From Eledone cirrhosa (Eukaryota): 64,000 nucleotides of DNA. The position numbers and the translations under genes are program-made. The notes beneath the pieces are model-generated. The model was not told the origin of the DNA. It saw nothing but the letters and a program-made list of their open reading frames with translations, and ran no database searches. Shown in pieces: positions 56,598-64,000 of this stretch; within the stretch, counting starts at the first letter, position 1, and every line of letters begins with the position of its first letter. The stretch covers positions 281,170,001-281,234,000 of the forward strand of contig OZ024743.1 in NCBI GenBank assembly GCA_964016885.1, in the 5' to 3' direction.

Positions 56598-56778
56598 AAT
56601 TGTTTCTACTATTGGCACAAGGCCATCAATTACCCAGTACATTACTGGTACTTTATTTTATCGACCCCGTAAGGATGAAAGGCAAAGTTAACCTTGGCGG
56701 GATTTGGTCTCAGAATGGCAAGGGCCGTAACTCTATGCGTCAAATCATGGTGTCCGACCCTCTACCGATACTGCCAAT
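56598..56778 (-). mobile_element. tRNA-derived SINE family 1
   Basis: Reverse complement of the consensus. Confidence 0.8.
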
Positions 56779-56844
56779 AATGACTGCCAAGACTGGAATT
56801 GAACTATCAGCACAATTGAGATATGTCATACATCAATTTATATA

Positions 56845-56906
56845 TTTTATCTGATGAGGACGTACTGAAAAAACAGCACAGTACCTCCGAAATATATATA
56901 ATAAAA
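56845..56906 (+). ncRNA. Type I hammerhead ribozyme, canonical core
   Basis: ttttat-CTGATGA-ggacgtactg..cagtacctcc-GAAA-TATATA-TA-ataaaa. Confidence 0.8.
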
Positions 56907-57199
56907 TATATGTTGATTACGTGAATGTCTACATTTATTAATATTTTGAATTAACATATATATATATATATATTATATATATATATGTGTGTGTGTATAT
57001 GTGTGTGTAAACTGAATAAAAAAAGAGGACGAACGGAAAACGAACGAAAACAACAAGACAAAACGATTTTTAAAAAAATCATTTTTTTAAGGGGAAATGT
57101 GTGTGTGTATATATATGTGTGTGTGTGTATGTGTGGTATAAGTTTATATGTAAATGTGTCACTAAAGTCCGGCCATATTTTTCCCGGCTGATGAGATGA

Positions 57200-57700
57200 T
57201 GATATTTACCATCCCCGTCAGCACCACACACCACCCCAACATATTGAAAAAAGGGTCGTTTCACGGATTAAGAATATATGTTATATTATCTGCATGATGT
57301 GGAAAATGTTCCATCATCACTGCCCAAATGATGTTGGCATCGCCTTCAAGATACACCCAAGGCTTGGGCCCCGTGCTATCCGTCCCATTCAAAAATCTAA
57401 ATCGCAACTCATAACAACAATACGGCACAATTATTTCACCTCAATCGGCCCTGCTCTCTTCAACATCACACCAGGACACGTCAAAACAGAAACTGACCAC
57501 ACAAAATTCAAGAAGTCTTTGGACAAATTCCTCCAAGTAATCCCGGACAAACCACCCACACCCGGATATGTCTCCGCAAACAGTAATTCTCTTCTCGAAT
57601 GGGCCATGGTGCCCAAATCCTGAATTGAAAGACTTCGCCAGGTGGTGCTATTAAGTTAGACATGGCCTGGGCCAATACTGGCCAAAACATTTCAAAGTTA
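57200..57700 (+). pseudogene. CR1/L2-like LINE 3' end
   Basis: [34 protein letters not shown]. Confidence 0.6.
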
Positions 57701-57718
57701 TTCAAAGTTATATATATG

Positions 57719-57807
<89 letters not shown>

Positions 57808-57808
57808 G

Positions 57809-58176
<368 letters not shown>

Positions 58177-58383
58177 ATATATATATGTGTGTGTTTATAG
58201 AGGGAGAGGGGGGGAGAGAGAGAGAGAGAAGAAGAAGAAAAAGAAGAAGAAGAAGAAGAAGAAGAAAAAGAAGAAGAAGAAGAAGAAGATAGTAAGGAGG
58301 AAAAGGTTAGTGTGGGTTGATAATGCAGAATTGCAATTCTGAGAGGATGAGGTTTGCTCGTGGGTGTTGATTTGGAGGATAAC

Positions 58384-58452
<69 letters not shown>

Positions 58453-58457
58453 CGTGC

Positions 58458-58494
<37 letters not shown>

Positions 58495-58911
58495 CGTGCG
58501 TGTATGTGTGTGTTGAGGAGTCGATGTGAGCGACCTACTTACTGGCGGGATGCAGGTGAGGTCGCGTGAATAACCTACGTCAATAGGGACAAGTTGTGAT
58601 GGCCATAGCTGTGGTGATGTGGTGGTGATGATGATTATGATGGTGGTGGTGGTAGTCGTCAACGTTGTTGTATCAGTGGTTGTGGTGGTGATGATGGTGA
58701 TCACGCTCCTGCTATTGGTTGTAGAGATGGCCCTGGTGTGAGCATTTGTTATAGTAGGGAACGTGGTACGCATTCCAACCATGACCATCACGCTGCTTTG
58801 CTTTTCGTTTTTTTGTTCATCTATGACTAAGCAACATTGACTGTCGTGACCTTCCTTTTTGAAGAGTTTAAGGTGTGAATTGAAGGAATTTGGTTGCTAT
58901 TTCTACAGTTC

Positions 58912-59235
58912 GTGGTGGTGGTGGTGGTGGTGGTGGTGGTGGTGGTGGTGGTGGTGGTGGTGGTGGTGGTGGTGGTGGTGGTTGTGGTGGTGGTGGTGGT
59001 GGTGGTGGTTGTGGTGGTGGTGGTGGATGTGGTGGTGGTGGTGGATGTGGTGGTGGTGGTGGTGGTGGTGGTGGTGGTGGTGGTGGTGGTTGTGGTGGTG
59101 GTGGTGGATGTGGTGGTGGTGGTGGAGGTGGAGGTGGTGGTGGTGGTGGTGGTGGTGGTGGTGGTTGTGGTGGTGGTGGTGGTGGTGGTGGTGGTGGTGG
59201 TGGTGGTGGTGGTGGATGTGGTGGTGGTGGTGGTG
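58912..59235. repeat. (GGT)n microsatellite
   Basis: Directly visible. Confidence 0.95.
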
Positions 59236-59403
59236 CGGTAATTGAGAGGAAATCTGCCTGAAAGAGAAATACTTAAGTGTTAGTGATTTTAATTAGAACG
59301 TAATTCTCCTACATGTATTTCTGTTCGTTTACTTTGCTTTTTTCTCATTCAATGGAAGTGTGCGTGTGCTTTATTGTGTTTTGTATATATATATATATAT
59401 ATA

Positions 59404-59442
<39 letters not shown>

Positions 59443-59561
59443 GGGAGGGGGTGCGTGTGTGCGTGTGTGACTGCTTATATACACACATGCAATCACATGT
59501 TCATGCAAGCACTATATAGAGAAATTGTGTATATGTGTATGTATGCCCATATATGTATACA

Positions 59562-59616
<55 letters not shown>

Positions 59617-59619
59617 GTA

Positions 59620-60458
59620 CTAGCAGTAAAGCCCGGCGTTGCTCGGGGTCGCTCGGTAGCTGTGTTAAAGTTACAATGTTAAGTTTCTTTCTTGGCTTAA
59701 AAACTGTAGTGTCTACTGTGCAGACTTGCATGTGGTGTTTTTGATTAATATTCCCTCAACCAACAATATGCCTTATGAAGTTAAGAAAACATAACGATAA
59801 CCCGAATGTTATAACAAAAGAGGATGCTGGGGATAGAAACTGCACTGGTTATTTATTAACAAAGATCGAAAATGTAAACACTGCAACGCAGAGAAAAACA
59901 TTAGCGTAACCAAATTATCAGTTATGTCTGTCTGCACGCCTATATCACCTCTCTGCACGACTATCTGTCTGCACGCCTATATCACCTCTCTGCACGACTG
60001 TCTGTCTGCACGACTGTCTGTCTGCACGCCTAACGACGAAATATTTGCTTGTTTTACGTAGTCTTTAAATAGACTTGTTTTCAAGTAAAAATATTGTTTT
60101 AAAATGCTTTTAAATGGAAATGAAGCAAAACGGAAGCTTAGTGTTCGAACTGATGAATTTTGCAGGTCAATATTTTGCTGGCTCGACAACTGTTAAAGCC
60201 AGCGTAATTTTTTACGTAAGACGCTCAATGTAAACAGAACAAAGGGAAATAACTGATAACTTACGCTCAAAAATCGATACATTATATTCGATTTCGTCAC
60301 ATAAGGTGGGTCAATTTGAAATTTTTTTTTCCGATGTCTTCGCTAGGGCTCAATGTACAAGTATAGCAATTTCGGTGCAATTCCGTGAGAGATTCTAAGA
60401 GGAGATGTGTGCCAAAAATCGATAGACACACAGACAACCACAGTTTTATATATATAGA
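59620..60458 (-). mobile_element. Non-autonomous Helitron
   Basis: Minus strand begins A|TCTATATATATAAAA and ends with hairpin CCCGAGCAACGCCGGG followed by CTAG|T; internal short tandem repeats at 59925-60031. Confidence 0.75.
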
Positions 60459-60459
60459 T

Positions 60460-61200
60460 TAGTTATACTATTTATGGTTATGTAAATACAAAACCTTATG
60501 CAGTTATAAGTATTTTACACACACCCTAAATAGTGGTAGGCAGTAATGTATTACTACCTTATTACCAGTAAGTTAAGTAGCTCAATGTAAAAACATCAGA
60601 TGATTTACAGAGCAGTTATATGAAATATAAGAATCAAAGAACTGTTCAAAACATTATTGTGCTTACAGCTGTTTCCTCCAAACCGAGGTTTGGATTCTTC
60701 GGAGCAATTTATTAATGCATGGACAGTTATATGACCTCCTTTTCAGCCGAGAGACATACCGATACATATTCAAACATTGATACATATTCAAACATTGTGG
60801 GTCAACATTCATTACAGAATTTAGAGTGGCAGTACACACTTCGAGATTACATTTATATTAAGAGGTACAATCAAAAATCAAAATACAGGTTAAAATACAA
60901 CATGAAGATAACCTGTATTTTGATTTTTGATTGTACCTCTTAATATAAATGTAATCTCGAAGTGTGTACTGCCACTCTAAATTCTGTAATGAATGTTGAC
61001 CCACAATGTTTGAATATGTATCAATGTTTGAATATGTATCAATGTTTGAATATGTATCGGTATGTCTCTCGGCTGAAAAGGAGGTCATATAACTGTCCAT
61101 GCATTAATAAATTGCTCCGAAGAATCCAAACCTCGGTTTGGAGGAAACAGCTGTAAGCACAATAATGTTTTGAACAGTTCTTTGATTCTTATATTTCATA

Positions 61201-61202
<2 letters not shown>
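60460..61202. mobile_element. Near-perfect ~585 bp fold-back (60617-61202) with an HHR in each arm and a one-sided tail (60460-60616)
   Basis: Arms are reverse complements apart from one extra 18-bp repeat unit; tgct-CCGAAGA-atccaaac..gtttggag-GAAA-CAGCTG-TA-agca at 61113-61159 (+) and 60660-60706 (-). Confidence 0.85.
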
Positions 61203-61247
<45 letters not shown>

Positions 61248-61249
<2 letters not shown>

Positions 61250-61405
61250 TGTTTAATATAGAAATGGCTTTTACATATGATTTCTTTTGAATGAAATAGT
61301 TCTACTCCTGTAGAAGCCATTTCTATATTAAACATAATGTTTACACTCTACTAATGTATTGAGTACCTTACTTACTGTGCTGACCCTCAATTGAACCTGG
61401 GACCC
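61248..61405 (+). mobile_element. Family C copy
   Basis: Palindrome 61249-61334 plus tail CTCTACTAATGTATTGAGTACCTTACTTACTG. Confidence 0.7.
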
Positions 61406-61543
<138 letters not shown>

Positions 61544-63140
61544 CTCAAGAAGACAACAAACAGAGGTCAAATAATTTTATTAGTTTCACGCTTTATATTG
61601 GAAAGAGGAAAGAAAGTTCGACGTGTCGGGTTTAAGTCCTTCTTCAGGAGTACAAAATAGAAACAGGATAAAAAAATATATACATATGTATATTGATATT
61701 CATATACATAAACATATACATATACATATTCATATACATGTACATTTAAATATATGACGTTTAATTTTTCTGTTTTTAATTGTTGTTTTTCTCGGTCACT
61801 CTATTAATTATAATTTATATATTTTCATAATTTTTAACTCTCTTCCATTAATTCATATAGTTTATCTTGGGAATTTTACACATAAGAAATACTTTATCTA
61901 ATCCTGCATAAGCTGAGTTACTAAGCAATTTCTATGTAAAGCATATGCTGAACCTGTCTTAAAGGAAATGATCAATATTGCAGATAAATCCTATGTATTC
62001 TTTTACCGTTTAGTCAGTGGTGGTGAGGCAATACCCATGACTCTTCAGGGTCTCCTAGTATGGTAGAAAGGTGCGAAGAAGGTATCATGAAACTGGAGAC
62101 CTAATCCGAATGCTGGCAACAAAGTGGATCCTCTAAAGTACCCAAGGGTCAGATGATGGATTAAGTCATCCATCCAAGTGGATGGTGGACAAGCGCGGAA
62201 TTTGAGCTCAGAATACAAAGAAATGAAACAAATACCACAAGGCATCTCGTCCGACATTCTGACAATTCCTTCCGCTAATCTACTGCTCTAAACTGGCATT
62301 TTATTTTATTGATCCAGAAAAGTTGGAAGTTGACAACTCTAAGCGGAAAGAGCCAAAACAAATACCATATGAGGTTTTCCTGGGCACTGGGTAGAGGAGA
62401 CAACCAAGAAATTTCACAGGCAAGTAAAGATAACGAGCCGAAGAGCGATAAATAAAATCATTTCAATCTTTATAGTGACTTATAGTGATATGATATGTCG
62501 TATTTACATTTGTTGAATATATAACTCTTTAGTTTAGAACAGTTCTTTATACAAGGTTGACAAAAAGTCATCCAGGTTAATTCTACTGTACACTACACAG
62601 TGTACTGACGGTTTAACTAAATTGTACTTCTTATAGATAAGAATCAGATTATTTTAAAACGCAGCTGTGTTGGTATTATGGTATATTTTTACTACGATAA
62701 AACAAACATTTCTATCGTACAAATGTTCTAGAATAAGAGAAGAATATATTGAATACAACAAGTAAAAGATAAATAAAACTGATAAACTCTGTATACTTAA
62801 TCCTAACGAATGGAATAAATTGAGAACATCAAATGTCTCTGTGTTTATCCACTTCATTTTTCGTAATCAGTGATATTCATTAAAAAGGATGATAGTAAGT
62901 TTTATTCTCTACATCAAATAAATACCAGAGAACAGAGAAACTAGCGCTTGATTACGTCGGTAAAAGTCAATCAGTAAAATCCGTAAATTTGAAAAGGTTC
63001 GGATACTGTGGGTAGGCCCAAACACAGGAGGTGGGGTGAGTCAGTTGGCATGGATCTATGATTATAAGGGAGAATTCCTCTCCCGTTAGAGTTACATGTT
63101 TTGAAAATCTTTATATTTCATTTATTATTTTGTTATATAT

Positions 63141-63340
63141 ATCGGTAGAGCGTCAGATACAGTGCTTTGCAGAATAGAGTTATGGTTCTTTACGTTCTGA
63201 GTTCAAATCCCACCGAGGTTATCTTTGCCTTTCATCCTTACGAGGTCGATAAAATAAGGCACCAGTAATGCGCTGGGGGCGATTTAATCAACTTTCCCTT
63301 CCCACAAATTGCTGACCTTGTGGCTATAGTAGAAATCATT
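63141..63340 (+). mobile_element. tRNA-derived SINE family 1
   Basis: Same consensus. Confidence 0.8.
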
Positions 63341-63607
63341 GTTTTGTTACATATAAGTATATCATGTATAATATACGTACATGTTTATAACCGTAGCCCA
63401 TACACAAATCATAAATTATATTTACCACTGATAACAAAAATAATTTATGAGTATTTTGAATTGAGTTCTATATTTTGCCTGGTAAATTACCAGTTAAAAT
63501 ATGGCTTACCTGTGTCTACTGTCAGCTTCGTTTTCACATATTTGAATATATTAATATGTATATTTATACATATATATATATATACATACATATATGTACA
63601 TACATAC

Positions 63608-63664
63608 TTTAGTCCAGAAATAGCCGTCCAAACGGCTTGAGCTCTGCCGTCGGGGTCATATATT

Positions 63665-63668
<4 letters not shown>
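63608..63668 (+). mobile_element. Family A single arm, copy 8
   Basis: AGTCCAGAAATAGCCGTCCAAACGGCTTGAGCTCTGCCGTCGGGGTC followed by (AT)n. Confidence 0.7.
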
Positions 63669-63712
<44 letters not shown>

Positions 63713-64000
63713 TTTAACAGTGACATTTAGTTAACGTATGGAGCACTACTGAAGATCGATGCCATACGTGACTAACCCCACTGAAAAGTTTCGTGAAATA
63801 GTCTTTTAACACTATATAGTGCATTTGTAGTTTTCCCCAAATTGACGGTTAAGTATTTTTTCTTGATTATAAGATTGTATTACTTATCCAAAATCTTACG
63901 TTAAAAATGTTTCACCTTGATGTTATAGTCACTTATATGTTTGAATTATTGTTGGCTTTTTGCTTACATTAATTTCTCTATTTTCATTTATATATATATA

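Overview
AT-rich, microsatellite-saturated animal genomic DNA. The SINE families and simple-repeat load look like an octopus/cephalopod genome (inference only). No host protein-coding gene, tRNA, rRNA or CRISPR array can be supported, and almost all ORF-track entries are translations of simple repeats. The interpretable content is transposon-derived. It includes a nearly full-length but disabled ~5 kb Penelope-like retroelement (PLE; RT plus C-terminal GIY-YIG, Naiad-like) at 17446-22442 (-) with direct pseudo-LTRs, three further PLE coding fragments, tRNA-derived SINEs, LINE remnants (RTE, R4/Dong-like, CRE-like, CR1/L2-like), a Helitron helicase relic, a non-autonomous Helitron and Tc1/mariner relics. 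The most striking hidden layer is about 25 hammerhead-ribozyme (HHR) motifs found by eye, in at least ten different small element families, nearly all embedded in (AT)n tracts. Many of these elements are fold-back palindromes with one arm carrying an extra tail. Two families use a compensatory U3-A8 catalytic core. One 8-copy family is a hairpin centred on HHR stem II with a copy-specific mirrored segment. Several unrelated families share a YTGAGTNCT-like tail motif.
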